Assembly (NCBI GenBank): GCA_964304625.1
Contig: OZ199839.1
Coordinates: forward strand, 2,573,587 to 2,637,586
Direction: 5' to 3'
Origin: Kudoa neothunni
Lineage: Eukaryota; Animalia; Cnidaria
DNA: 64,000 nucleotides
Shown here: positions 50,041 to 64,000 of the stretch, one piece after another
Position numbering within the stretch: position 1 is the stretch's first letter
Layout: each line of letters begins with the position of its first letter
Program-made: the position numbers and the translations under genes
The notes under the pieces: generated by a model
The model's input: the letters and a program-made list of their open reading frames with translations, nothing else
Database searches by the model: none
What the model was told of the DNA's origin: nothing

Positions 50041-51206
50041 TTATCAGACAATATAAAATCAACCAAATCTAGGTGAATTCTAAGGTTTTAATTTCAGTGT
50101 ATCGTCCTACATTTATTCAGATTTTACACTTCCTAAGAAGTCTAAAGTAGTATGTAGACTAAGGGGTTTTAAAATGACTGCAATCGGGAAGAAAAGAAAA
50201 AAATAATAAACTACATAATTGAATTATAAATTTATGAATTATAATAAAGTTCATTCGTGTTTTATCAATAATTCTTGCGTAATTTTTTTATTTATCGTAA
50301 AATTCGAAGATACGTGACGTTCAATCAACAATTATGAGCTCCCTATTTATGATTTACGAATTCGATATTGTGTTTAAGATATCTATTAGTTATTTTTTAA
50401 ATCATTTAAGTAAATAATTTTATCATAAAACATTTAATAATAACTAAGTAACTAATACAACAAGTGTAAAAAATACACGGTTATATGATGCAAATACCAA
50501 TAATTAGGTGAATGAATTTTCATTGTAAAAAAAGTTCTCAATAAAAATATATAAACAGAAATATAGCATACTGTGTGGTTACGGAGAAATTTGTTTTCGT
50601 GGTAATAGCCACTGCTTTAGGAAAATATGCAGTAATTTTATACAAAAAACTATTTTAATATTATCAAACCATAGTATGCTTGTAAAAAAATGTCACACAC
50701 TAAGAAATATATTAATTATTCAAATTTCAGTTCTTCCAATAAAAAGTTTAAAATTATACTAATTAATTTAAGTATTTATTAGGGTGTGTCTATTTTTCTA
50801 GACGCGCTTGTTCTCTTAGTATAATAATTGAATCGTTGCCATTTTTTCAAAAAAGTATTCTTTATAAATGCAAAATATAAAATTAGTTTCATTAATTCAG
50901 GTACGTACTTTAACATAGCTAATTCGTATCAATAAAATCAAAATGAAATCAAGATGGAGTATAACTTTTTTGTCAATTCATTTTCAAAATTCTTATAATA
51001 AGATAAATAATCCATCGGAAAGATTTATACATCACTAAAATTTAATACAATGTTGAATTTTCTACTTTTTAAATTGTTAATAATTATTATTGTGTAACTA
51101 CGCAATAAATTATACTTGAATCCCACACATTGACATTGCTGTTATATTATTATTATTGTGATCATAAAAAAAATTTTTTTGCTTAAATGTATAACTTGTT
51201 GTAATA

Positions 51207-51811
51207 CAGTCGGTAATTGATTTTGCACTTTTTTGATAATTTACTTAATTATGACTCTTATTGCTTCTAATGTTTATATAAAAAAATATATTAAACATAA
51301 CAGTAATTTTGGTTCAAATAATAGACTGTAAATGATGTTAAAATGAGTAGCCAAAATCACGTGACGTACCGATTTGCTCACTTTTTTCCAGGCACTCCGT
51401 TGATCAATGTAATATGGCATTATTCGCAAAAAAATTAGAAATTTAACAATAAGCCAAAATAAAAATATAAAATAATGAAATGCTTCGAAAAACTTCCATT
51501 AATAAATGTTAAGATAGTTACTGTGAGACATTTCAATATGTCAAATATAGCAGTCTTTAATGGCCTCCTCGAAAAAAGAACTAATTTTTATCTCTAATTT
51601 AAATAAGATTAGATCGTTTCCGATCATTGTTAGAATTGGAAATCGATTTGTATGTCATTTTGTGACATATTTTGACACAAACCAAAATTATTGATTTTTT
51701 CAAGAGTTGAAATTAAGTATCACTTGATTTTTTTTGTCCATTTTACTTCTTAATTCCCAAAAAAGTATGTATATAATTGTTATTTGCATGCGCAAAATCA
51801 ATTACCCACTG
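51207..51811. mobile_element. Tc1/mariner-type MITE
   Basis: ta|cagtcggtaattgattttgc ... gcaaaatcaattacccactg|ta. Confidence 0.85.
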
Positions 51812-52630
51812 TACAACTCTCGGTCTACTTTGAAACCTCATTACTGTTGGCAACTTTATTCCTAAAATTTCGTGAATTTCGTAACATGGATAAAATTAAG
51901 ATGACTATCAAAAATGGATATTTAACTGTAGAATCAATCACAATATTTAAGATTTACATACCAGTTATATGATGTGTCATTATCTCGAACTGCTTCTTGT
52001 ATATCCGCCATTTCCGTTCATGATTCCTCAGTGACGATATGTGAAATAAAAAATTTACTAAAAGCACTCTCATTACATTTTCGATCTGAAATTTTTTGAT
52101 TGTTGTTGATAATAGATTCAGACGTAAACTTAAACTTAATTAGGTTGATATATGAATAGTGGAAAAAATGAGCTACCTTATTCAAAGAATCCTCATTGAC
52201 AATAAGCGAGATTAAAGCATCCGAAATCTTTTTTATTAAATCATATTGAGTCCCCGTTTGTTCAGATCTTAATAATGTTACTTCATTGCAAAGAATCTTA
52301 GCTTCAAATATCGCATAATGTTGAATTGGGAGCAGATCAAAACTCGAAATTTCTGTTATAACCGGATGCATATTACACAATTGAGTCTGAATATGTATAT
52401 CTTTTGTCATTTGAATAAATAATAGGTAATATTTTTTGTGCCACCTCTTATTACAAATTTTTTTTGTCATATAAATCCATCTCCATTTTTAGTAGAGATA
52501 ATATGTCAACATGATAACTCCATATATATGTAAAAGCAATATATGCAACTATTGGAAGTAGATTCGATTTAATTATTTATTTCAACTTACATAATATTGT
52601 ATGCGTGTAACGTTAATGATGTGTTATATC

Positions 52631-53268
52631 TAGAGGTCGTAATTTCCGATGACTATTTTTAAAAAATTCGACGATTAAAATCGACGTTTATTTTAAAAAC
52701 TACTGCATACGCAATATAAAACATAATTATCAAGCTCAAACTCTGACTCAATTTCAATGAAATAAACATAACTAACATTTTTTATAAAATTTATATTTAA
52801 AATATAATATTGAATGTATTCTCTTTTGTTCAGGCGCTATATTTACTTCACAACTTTGATACAAATGCCTCTATTTTGATGAACTTATTTCCACGGTTGT
52901 AGGCGATAGTGGTATACGCACCAAATCTTGACCTATCCTAGACAATATGAATTACTTTGATTTGTTGTTTTCTCTAAAACCCAGGACCTATCATTTTATC
53001 ATTTCTCTGGAGTGAAAGTTTCAACGACACTTGCAGTGGAGTTTCTCGTCGATCGACGTTAAAAATTAAGGTATAATTTGTGGGGAGGGGGTCAATTTCC
53101 TCATTTAAATCTGTTTCTTCGGCTATATAATTGTCAGTTCTATTTATTTTTCTCCCCATAATAAAACTTAAAATAATCTATGAATTACCTCTATTTTAAC
53201 CGAAAAATGTAAAAATATTTTAAATAATTCGACATTTCTGCGATTTTAATCGAAAATTACGACCTCTG
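52631..53268. mobile_element. hAT-type MITE
   Basis: TIR tagaggtcgtaatttccgat / atcgaaaattacgacctctg; 8-bp TSD gttatatc / attatatc. Confidence 0.85.
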
Positions 53269-53730
53269 ATTATATCTTATTTTGGTGTCTGGGTTTAATT
53301 TTTCAACAATTCGAGTTATTAGGTCTTTAATTATTTTACTCTCCTGCTCAATCCTTATACTTGATAAATAAATTAGCAAATCACTAACAAAACCTATATT
53401 TCCGTTGAATATTTTCTAGAATATATGACCAAGTAACAAAAGTGCGTACGTTGTGAGTGTCTATCCACTGTTTCTTTAGCCTTTCCAAAGTTCAGTAGTG
53501 CATCAACAACCTCAAGATTAGTATAATATCTTGCATAAGTAGCATTTGATCAGACTCCCCTTTCATGAGGATCGAACTCGGTACTATCATCGTTACAGCT
53601 GTATTTTAAAGGTCATCATTCTCGATTATGACATTATACTACATAAAATTAGCTTTATTAGAGAAATATACTTTGATTTGTGGAAAACTTATAATATTTT
53701 TTATTGATACTTATACGAGAATGAAAAAAG

Positions 53731-53960
53731 CAGAGGCTATTGACACGATAAAATTTAATCCTAAGAGGCATGTACGTTCGCTCATTGGAAATTTTCTATC
53801 TCAACAACTCCTACTTACAAGCCGTTTATCGATTTAATTCTTTGGAATCTGTTATATTTAATTATTTCTGGCCCAACTCCCCACTCTTAAGGTCAGAAAT
53901 AATTAAATATAGTCAAAACTAGCCCCCACCTGTATATTATTTACCGTGCCAATAGCCACT
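53731..53960. mobile_element. ~230-bp MITE (same family as 12307-12530)
   Basis: TIR agaggctattgacacg / cgtgccaatagccact. Confidence 0.75.
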
Positions 53961-54884
53961 CCTAATGAAAAATATCCTCGATGCATTTGGATGCCTAACT
54001 GGTAATTAAAAATATAAATGAAACTAAATTTATATTCTGCATTTATAAAATATATTTTTTGGAAAAATGGAAACGATTGAATTATTGTATTAAGAGAAAA
54101 AGTGCTTCAACAAAAAATAGACACTTTCACTTTATTATTTATTTTTACTTAGAATAATTTAACATTCAGATGTCAATAATGAGAATAATATATTTAATTA
54201 GTAGAAGAAAATTAAAGGCATTAATTGTTATGGAATATATTTAAATTAAAATTTTTAATTAAAATAAAAACACATCCTTAATGTTATCAAAAAAATCGTA
54301 GTATTAACGTCATTGTTGATTTTTTATCTTTGTACACAACTTCATCTAACTGGTTTTCAAGACATATGACGAAATTTTGAATTCTAAACATTTTTTTAAT
54401 TTAGTTTTAGGCAGTGTCTATTGGCTCAAACAAGTTTATTTATTTAATTTTCGAGCCTTTTATTATAGTAAATTTGTGTTGTCTGATATAAAACAACTTG
54501 CAATTGTGTACTTAATGTTTTTATCGAGTTATATCGGTTAAAAATATTCTGTGTAATGTAATATGGTTTCGACTAAATGGACCGTAAGAAGTCTTTATAT
54601 TGAGTTTATGAGTTATTTATTTATTCAAATGAACATTTTTAGTTCTGATTTAACGTTTAATTATCTATGTAACTAAAATTTTTATTTTAATATTTTTAAT
54701 TTTATTGTAACGTGCGTTGATTTGATTGTAATCATCCCCTAATGTTGTAATACAAAATTATTGTAAAAAAATGTAGGATTTTTCACTAGACCAAAAACAT
54801 AAAGTATATTGTTGTTGTATTTAAAGATATTTGATTATAGCAAACGAAAAATTTTGATTTTACTCCTACGCGCGTGTTTACGAA

Positions 54885-55250
54885 ATGAGATTGCCTGAAC
54901 TTAATACGATTTTTCAAACCGGAAATACTTTTAGCATTTTTGAGGAGTTAAAGTTGAAAATAGAAGAATATGAACAAAAATCCATGGGTAGTTTATCTAT
55001 ATATGACCCTTAAACCATCGAAAGAACTTAGAAACGATGTAATAAAACGTTAAATCCAATACTTTAGTTTTATCATACAAAATACTGCTGGGTTCATCGC
55101 GACAAAAACTTAATTTCTTCAAAAATTTAAATATATTTTGTATATGCATTCAAGTTTGAAAACATGCAGTCGTTATTTTAGAGAAAACGATCTGTTGGTA
55201 AAAGAAATTCGTATTAAAATCCTTTGACTTATCACATAACCATGATTCTA
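54885..55250 (+). mobile_element. Degenerate N-terminal fragment of a MULE/FAR1-ZSWIM3-like transposase
   Basis: FQTGNTFSIFEELKLKIEEYEQK...YD and KYCWVH fragments with stops. Confidence 0.45.
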
Positions 55251-57204
55251 TGAACTTTCCATCACAATTTTTGCATTGTAGAAATGAAATTTCAAAGGAT
55301 GAAAGTGATCTTATCGCTCAATTTGTTTAAGTTGACGGAAATTCCAAAGTAATCCAAGAAAAAATATTACGAGAAAGGGGAATTTTGTTTCATTGAATAA
55401 AGTGTCTAACATGAAGCACTCTTGTAAATCACATACAAAGAGCCTGTAATTTTAAAAATATTCAAATAAAAAAGGATGATGTTTAGAGATATGGGAAATC
55501 AACAATGAGACTATAGGCTGCGACATATGTCTTCAATCGAGCTATTTTAAATGCCAACATATTAAACTGAACCCGTCCTCAAAATATTAGAGTTGTATGA
55601 ATTGTAAAACAGAAGAATGATAGTAAGAGAAATTATGGTAAAAAAACTTTAGTTTTAATAAAGATCGAACTTTTAAATTTATATAAATATAAAATATATT
55701 TAATTTCGATTATGAAATATATTTTTATTTTTTTAATATATCTTTCAATTAATTAATGACTGACTTTTAAAAGTTACCAGTTAATCTTTTGATTATTTTA
55801 AGACAATTCTATTAGACAGCACCGAAAAATTTAAATTATTTCAAAATTTAATATATATATATATATAATAAAATTTATTAGACATCATATACCATATAAC
55901 ATAAAATTTTCTACTTTATATATTCATATTGGAATATATTTTATGGCGGAATTAAGAGACAATACATTCAGCCATGCTTATAGCACGCTTTATTGGGGAA
56001 CCGAAATTATGTACGTTATACAAATTAGGCTTGCAATAAATATCCCATGCATGTGCATGATTGTCGTAAAAAATCTTGTCAGAATAAATATTCTTGTGAC
56101 AAGCAAACTGTTCTTTTTGAAATTATTCGTATTAAATCTATTTTATCCCTCGTAAATTGAAGATCTGAGATCTCAGACATAACAGGGTAAGAATTGCTAT
56201 ACCGTATGGATCTATTAAATGTGATTTGATCAACAGATACTGTATTTTTTATTTTTTCAATGTTATTAAAAAATTTCATGACAACATCATTTTTTCCTTG
56301 TTATCTGGTGGATCATAGTTATTATTTACTTTGATGTAATTAATCGACCTATAATTTTTTTTATATATATCCGACTATTTTTACTTTTAAAATATATTTA
56401 TATTTAATTTAATGATAATCATCCACAACTACAAATTCTCAGTCCTTTGTATGAGCTTAATTGGCGACTAGGTGATTTCTATTATCGTTTCTAATTTTAA
56501 AAAATTCGGCATTGTTTGCGCATAAGTTTAAATTGAATTCATGCCGGGTTCTTTAAAATTTCATTCAAACTCCTTACCTATATTTCTATCTCTAATGAAT
56601 AAATTCTAAATTCGTCATTATGAATTCCCCAATCTTATCGTTTATGTTGTGGGGGGAAGCTTTAGTTCTTACAATAATTCAGCCTTTATTTGGCGCTATA
56701 TCATTATCGATGATATATTTAATCATCATGGTAGCAATATCTATTAGTAATTGAACTGACTTGCGATTATTTGCACTGCAGAAAATAAATTATTCAATGT
56801 AGTAATTTAATTGTGGAAAAAACAATATTAACTTTAAAAATGTAATTTATTTCAATAGAATTTTGAAATGTGGGGCTTAGATTTTAATGCGTCGTAGAAA
56901 CTGGGTACGCTATATCCATTTTGGTACCGTGACCTCTACTTTGTCTACATTTAAGTTTATATAATACATTTTCAATAGCCTATAAACCTGGAAAAATGTA
57001 TATTGTTTATTATCAGTAATAATGATAATTTAATAAAATTTGGCTATATTCATACGATCAATAACCACGCCTGACTACAAGTAATCCAAAAGTTCAGTAG
57101 TTAATAAAAAAATAAATCATAGATTTATGATAAACCGTATATAAATATGTTGATAATAATTCTATCAATGTATTTAAAAAAAATTCTGATGTATACAAAA
57201 TTTA

Positions 57205-59829
57205 TTATCTGATTCCCTTGCTTGAAGCCACCTTCTTGCGGTAAATAACCAAATAATAAAATAATCCTGCAGCTACACATAGCATTACTCCAACAACAGA
57301 TCCTCTATTAAAATTGTTAACATCTTTATTCAGAACAATTTTACGATATAATGCCGGCCACTTTCATACTAAATTTATGTTAGCTAATTACAAAAATAAT
57401 CTTTTTACTGGTTAGAGTCTGCTTTTGCAATGACATCTGGCGCTAAATATACCATTTTTCAATTATACTTTATTTATTCATGTACTTACTAAAAAGTATA
57501 TTATTGTAAAATTACGAAATCAAGATGTTAATAAGAAATAAATTATATAATTTTATTTAGTTAGAATATGAATAACTTGTTTACCCGTTGGTTGTGGCAC
57601 GCGTAACTTCTTTGGCTGATGGAGCTAATTATCAAATTTTAAATAAATGTGGAAATAATTGAGTTGTTGATTACTAAATACATACTAAATAATTAATTTA
57701 TTAAACGTGTTTACCTTGTAGTATCTGTCACACTCTCACCTTCTATATAATTATAATGGGTGTATTTCAAATAAATAATTAAAAATACCTTTTCTCACAA
57801 TATATATTGTATCTCCGTGCATGTATTTTTCAGGTTTCACTATTAATTTGTACGATTTTTCCGATGAGACACCAGTATATGTGATTAAGTCGCATTTTGT
57901 ATCGCAAACAGCATCGATCGTAGATGTCGCTGGACACGAATTCCCCACTATTGTAGGTTTTGTAGCATCTGTAATATCAATCAATGTATTGGAGCATTTT
58001 ATTTCAGCCATATTTCTCGGAGGGTTCATAACTCCCACAAATTTTATGCTCTCGCCATTAAACGAATGTGTTATGGTTAATATTGCACCGTCTAATGAGG
58101 GATAATTATTCATCATTTTAATAAAAATGACCTGTTATCAATTCAGTAATTTCTTTATCTTTATTTATGCCATCAAATTTTATCATCACGGAGTATTGTG
58201 TCCCGCGCTCCAATCTTTCGAGTTCAACTTGTTCAGAACACATTACTCTGCAAGGAAACCTTCCATTGCAATGTACATCAGTGTAGAAATTTGCCCATTC
58301 ATTCTTTATTTTAATTAAACAAGCAATTTTATTAGTGTTCTGAGCCATTGGCTGGAATCGCATTCTTGTATCCATGATATTTATATTAGCTTTTGGAAGC
58401 TCGACTACATCTCCGTCTATATATTTTATTAATAAATTTACTAAAATATATTAACTTGTTTCGAAATAATATTCAAACGTCTTTATTTCTGTTTCGTCAT
58501 TTTTAGCTTCAATAATTATAATGTAAGCTGTTCCAGCACTTAAGCTTGTAACACTCTTGCTGCTACAGATATTGTCACAGACCCCGGGCGAACATTGCGC
58601 TGTTGTTTTAGCACTAGTTATAGGATCAAAAGCCTTTCTTACATAAACTGTGCAGCTAGTAGCGTCAACTGTACCAGAAGATGATTTCATATTTGTTAAA
58701 TCTAAAGTAAAACCAACGTTTGAAGGATCTTTTGGAATTATGCCATTGTTTGCAACTATAACAGGGTTAATCGTCTCTTATTGAACTTTTGATACTTGTG
58801 TACGTTTTTTTTTGAGGTTCCGTCTTGGTTACTTCTCGTATATAGACAGATGCTTGTTGATAATCGGTATTGGTATTCATTACAACCTCAGTACATGGAT
58901 GAATACATGGCTCCGAATTTTTTCTGCAGTTTTTCACGTATGCACTCTCACCTGCAGTTTGATCTTTTATCATAAATTCGCATAGTTTATCTGGTTTTTG
59001 ATTCAGAATTGTAATTTTATGTTTTTCTTCTCCTGACACTTTCGTCACTGTGAAGAAAAATTCAGAATATTCAGAAGCCTTTTTTGTGTAATCATTGTTG
59101 ATATAATAAACAAAACTAGGGAAATAATTGTCACATTCCAAAGTATAATCGTATCGATAGGTTAATAAACTTGACTTCAAAATAGCTCGATTTGATGATT
59201 TGCATGTATCACTTGTATCTGATTTCGCAATATCAATACCGCTTGATTTCAGTTTACATTCTGATATTGGACATATCATGTTATAAGTAAACTTAACTTC
59301 TTCGTTCTCTTTTGTTACAGTTATATCCGGGTCCAGAACATAGTCTTAGGAAAATTAAGATTATCCAAAAAATAAATGGCATTTTTTAAATGAATTACTT
59401 TTTGGTATCATAAATACTTTTTTGAGTATTGGAGTCGTTTCCAAATCGTCTCTTGAGTTAACGACTTGTATTAAAATAAATTTTGAATAAAATGAAGCTT
59501 CTTCCACATCAATACTTTCTTTGTTGCATGCTACAACGCATTTTGTAGCTGTTAATGTGTCTGTACAACTAAAATCATCGTAAGTCAACTTCTTTTGCTC
59601 GTTAAGCTTAGAAATTTTTATGTAACATATTTTGTCGGCAACAAAATTTTTCAGTAATATTTTAATTATATCTCTTTTGTTCGCCGCTTTAGTTAAACCA
59701 AACTCAAGGTAGTTTGATTTTGTCGTTGTTTGAGTGTTTATGGAAACTAGATAATATTTAAACAATATTGTAACGAAATTTACATAATGAGAAGGTTAAA
59801 ATGAACCAAAATGATAACTGCTGTCTCAT
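57205..59829 (-). CDS. Array copy 7: FN3-like type I membrane protein (11 exons)
   Basis: Start MRQQLSFWFILTFSL. ORF pieces 59361-59765, 58767-59279, 58451-58690, 58118-58375 and 57751-58116; TM exon; stop at 57205-57207. Confidence 0.85.
57443..57715 (-). other. Two [D1,2] twin introns, copy 7 (A 57715-57625, inner 57714-57674; B 57585-57443, inner 57584-57489)
   Basis: Outer donors GTAATC and GTAAGT; exon 57624-57586 is 39 nt. Confidence 0.84.
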
Positions 59830-61447
59830 TCTAAACGAAATGAAACCGATGTAATTTGGGTATTAGGGCGTTCCCGAATATTGATCAATTCAATGAACAA
59901 TGAAATTTTCGATAAATCTTATCATCATTTATCGACTATATAAATTTCAAAGCATTGAATTATTTTTTCAAATAAATGATTATCTGTTAATTCTAATAAC
60001 TATTAAATATATTTTAAATAAAAGTAATATAAGAAATTAAATCATTCGAATAAACGTAACATCATAAAATTATCCACAATAAATCTTAAAATTCAAGATG
60101 AAAAATTACTTCTAATTCTAATAAAATAAATGTGATTGCATCCAAACAATGAGTATCTTAATTTATTGCGTATTATTAACTCTAAACAAGATAAAAAACA
60201 TTTAAAATAATTATTCCATTCCTCCATCTTTCTTACTTTTTTATTTTTTTTCAATGTATAATAATCCATAATCATCATTAACGATCTAGCAAAATGATAC
60301 TCATTTAAATAACCATTTGAAATTAATATTGACCATATAACAAAACAGAAATTATTTCAAAATATTTACTATTATTAATTTCCAGATTGTTTTCCTCAAT
60401 TTATAATATAATTATTAACAATAAATTAGAATATTCTCTTTTATAATCCATCATCCAAGTTTATTAATAAATATAATTGATATTTTATCGATTAAAGAAA
60501 CATTTACTATATTTATAAAAATAATCAAAAGAAATAATTTTAAGAAAAGTTAATCAGTCAGCAAATTTATTCTATACTTTCTAAATTTAAAACCAAATTC
60601 GAAACGTTTGATAATAAATAAAATAATGATTAAGTCAATAATGGCATGAAATCGTTTCTATTATCGCTTATAAGAAAATATGTGAAAACATAAATTTGAC
60701 GATTTTAAATTGTCATTAAATAATATTTACTCCAATATTTCAAAAAAATTATCATAACTTTCATTTTATAACGTTAATTAAAGGTGAGAATATTATCCAT
60801 TTTCTCACTGTAATCACATGAGAGCAAAAGTATCAATGTTTATACTGTTCAACTCCTATCTCAACGAAAGCTTCTGCTTTATTAATCAACAAATTTAGTT
60901 GTTTGCTAATATCTGATATCCTCATAACCAACTTTAAATGGATTTATTCATGATATATATTTGTAAAAATTTTTATTTTTTAATAGTTTATGAAAAAATT
61001 TCCGGAATAAATATCTCACGCATTAAAGTACATACACGTATCATTAATGTAAATTCACAGTTACTAAATGAAGTCTCTAGAATGAGCAATTTTAAGAACA
61101 AATAATTATGACCAATTTTATTTTTAATCTACTTTGTTACCAAGGTGAAACAATTTATTAAAATTTTATTTCAATATTTACTGAAATGACAAAAAAAGAA
61201 CTTATTTAATTTATTTTCTAAAAATTATACAAAAGAATTTTATTGTAAAGCAAAACAGACGTCAATACATGTATTCTTCTTAAAATAATTCAAAATAAAT
61301 TACATATATAACATAATATAAAAAATTAAATTGTCGAATTTATATAAATATGAATTATTTAATAAATAATAAAAGTTTAAATCTTTTTTAATTTTAAGTA
61401 AAAAATCGTTGAATATTCGGTGCATGTCGGGCGCGCACGCAGGATAA

Positions 61448-62635
61448 ATGTATCCAACCATTAGAGAACAAAAGCTAATTGAAGCCCACATTCAGAAAAA
61501 TTCTGAATGTATTGATGGCGACTATTCAAGGATTAAATTTCTGAGAGAGGAACATGTGTCATTTTTGGAGGGTTGTTTGAGTGCATTACCAAGGGAATTT
61601 CAGTCGTTAAGTGCCAGCCAACCATGGATCATGTATTGGATATTGCACTCATTGGAGCTTTTGGGAATTGAAATTGATAACAAAAATTTGGATAATGCAA
61701 TTGAATATATAACAAAATGTCAGTCGTCTAGCGGGGGTTTTGGGGGTGGACCTGGACAAGAACCTCACATAGGAAACACATACGCTGCTGTAACGAATCG
61801 GCTATTTTGGATCATTATCCATTTTGAAATTTAGATATGTTCACTTTCGATCCTCGGTAAGATGGATCCAAAAGCGTACGATGTGGTTGATCGCGCAGGA
61901 CTGAAACGTTTTATTCTCCGATGCAAAAACAGGGATGGATCATATAAAAACGCAATCGATAACGAAACCGATTTGAGGGCGATGTATTGTGCTATAGCGT
62001 CAGCTAAGATGTGTCACGTCTTGTCAAGTGACATGTACCAAGGAACAGTGGAATACATTGCGAAATGTCAGGGTTATGATGGAGGATTTGGTGCGGTTCC
62101 CGGTTCTGAATCACATGCCGGTTACACGTTTTGTGCTGCAGCCACGTTGTCTATGCTTGACGTGGATGCAGAGTTTTTCGACAAAAAGATGCTGCTCAGA
62201 TGGATAACTCATCGTCAAATGCTTTCGGAAGGTGGTTTCCAAGGAAGAACCTTTAAATTAGTTGATTCCTGTTACTCCTATTGGATTGGAGCTATATTTT
62301 ATATCATGTTTGGGGATGAATTTTTTGACGATCAAATCAACATTCCTCGTCACATGTTTTCTCGAAGTGCATTACAAGCGTACATTCTTAACAATTGTCA
62401 ACTCGAGACTGGCGGGCTTATCGACAAACCTGGGAAATTTGTCGATGTTTATCACACTTGTTACGCTCTAAGTGGGCTTTCCTTGAGTGGAATTCATCCC
62501 GATATTGAAGCTGATCGGTTTATCATTACGAATAACAGTGGTGATTTTCTGGTTAGATGCAATGCGACATTTAATCTATGTCATGAAACGCTGAAAAATC
62601 TATTAACATATTTCTCAAGTAGAGATGAGATTTAG
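61448..62635 (+). CDS. FNTB: Protein farnesyltransferase subunit beta; exons 61448-61789 and 61835-62635
   Basis: A 45-nt GT-AG intron (61790-61834) joins TYAA to ICSLSILG. Motifs SQPWIMYWILHSL, GGFGGGPGQ, ESHAGYTFC, GGFQGRTFKLVDSCYSYW (Zn ligands D, C) and DKPGK..DVYHTCYALSGLS. Confidence 0.95.
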
Positions 62636-64000
62636 ATTTCTAAATAACTGTTGTTTTTATTGCACGTGTCGTTTTTTAGCATTATTCCATTTATATTAAT
62701 ATGACCATTAATTTAACACCTGAGTCTACTAGTGAATAGGACCTCGCTTTATTATTTCTTATACTAAGAATGTACTGTCTTGAGTGTACGGTGGTATATT
62801 CTTGGATTTAAACTATTGTTATTAAGTGTGCGCGATGGGTGATTGCTCCCAATAAGTTTTCTTTGCTATCACGTCAATTGACTTCTATTGATAGGTGCTT
62901 TTTTTGATTTGTGTGATGATTTCGCATTTAGATTTCCAATTTTCTCCTAAGAATATATTATAGATGCTATATTTATGTTAGTTTAAGATTATTGAGAGTT
63001 ATATATTTTCTGCGCCGTATCTATGGGCTAAAAACAAATATATTACCATTGTTTTCGTATTGCAAAAAAAATAATATTTAACTTATTTTTCGTATTGTAT
63101 TATAGTTTGAAAAGTGTTTTTAGTGATAATGATTAGTGATCGAAGGAAATAGAGTAGAATAATTCATGGAAGGAAAAAATTACTTATATTAATTATTTGA
63201 CTTTTCTCAAGGATGATTTATAAATATTAAATTTTATGAACAATAATTTAAGGATGCCAAATGTTGAGTTAAATCAGTAATAATATAAGTAAGAACCTTC
63301 AATATATATACGAAGAAAAGATCAAGTAACTAATTTCGTACTCATCGACCAAAATAATTTATGATCATACGGAGGCTGGAAATTCCGACCTAGTAGAAAA
63401 GTATTTGTCATAAATACATATTTTTTATAATTTGTTATATTTTACAAGTATTAAAATTTAAAAATAAATAAATATCAGAGTTTTAAACTGTTTATATGAA
63501 TATAATCAATATTTTGAATAGTAGATTTTTATTTGGTCGAAAATAAATCAGCTTCCCAAAAGTAATGTTCAAAAGCATTTATCTGTTTATTTAATGATGA
63601 TGACAATATTTCTTACTTTATTATCGATTTAAACAATGATAAATAATTTATAAAATAAGTAATTAACGTTTTTTAAGGGAAAATAATTGATGTTATAATC
63701 GATTATATTTGATGAGTTTTCTTAATTAAATTAAATCAAAAATTATTGATATATTAATAAATATTATTGAATGCCATTTAATTTTTATTTTAAATTAAGA
63801 AGATTTTACTTATTTGATACTTTTTTAAGAACTAAAATCTCCTCGTCTTAGATTTTCTTTATGGAAAATTTTAACGATTATTAAGTATTATTCAAAACGT
63901 AATACTGAGAAAAATTAATTAATATGTAATTTCACTTTAAAAGTAGAATTTTTAACGTTGGATAATGTATGATATTTTGTAAAACTGAAGACATCCTCTA

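Noticed and set aside
52018-52470. 150-aa minus-strand ORF
   Set aside because: No recognisable motif or exon context, and it lies between two MITEs; needs a homology search.
53545-53605. tRNA B-box-like gagttcgatcc on the minus strand
   Set aside because: No A box or cloverleaf could be built.
56000-56800. Possible LINE endonuclease remnant (YDPPD, KIDLI and ISDL fragments on the minus strand)
   Set aside because: The motif matches are weak, so it is not called with confidence.
6975-59829. Reading the consecutive minus-strand ORFs as a prokaryotic operon, or as a non-standard genetic code
   Set aside because: GT-AG introns join them into one ORF per copy, and TAA, TAG and TGA all serve as terminal stops in this window.

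Overview
Very AT-rich eukaryotic genomic DNA with tiny spliceosomal introns (ordinary introns about 38-54 nt) and many DNA-transposon relics. The taxon cannot be determined from this window. Two housekeeping genes bound the window: the 3' end of RRP8 (1-469, +, missed by the ORF track) and protein farnesyltransferase beta FNTB (61448-62635, +). Between them is a head-to-tail array of seven ~2.62-kb, 11-exon paralogues on the minus strand. Each encodes a ~680-aa type I membrane protein: signal peptide, about six Cys-containing beta-sandwich/FN3-like modules, a Thr/Pro-rich stalk, one TM helix and a short basic tail. Copy 6 is frameshifted, and the copies look like gene-conversion mosaics. The main observation is that in all seven copies the two introns flanking the 39-nt stalk exon cannot be removed in frame by one GT-AG splice. 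Both have the form exon|G-[GT...AG]-TRA...AG|exon, i.e. nested [D1,2]-type spliceosomal twin introns (stwintrons) whose outer donor exists only after the inner intron is excised (14 of 14 junctions). They lie just upstream of the TM exons, so mis-splicing would give anchorless products. Spacers between copies contain hAT, Tc1/mariner, pogo, piggyBac, Merlin, Mutator and Ty3/gypsy remnants, often nested. All gene models are manual reconstructions without transcript data.
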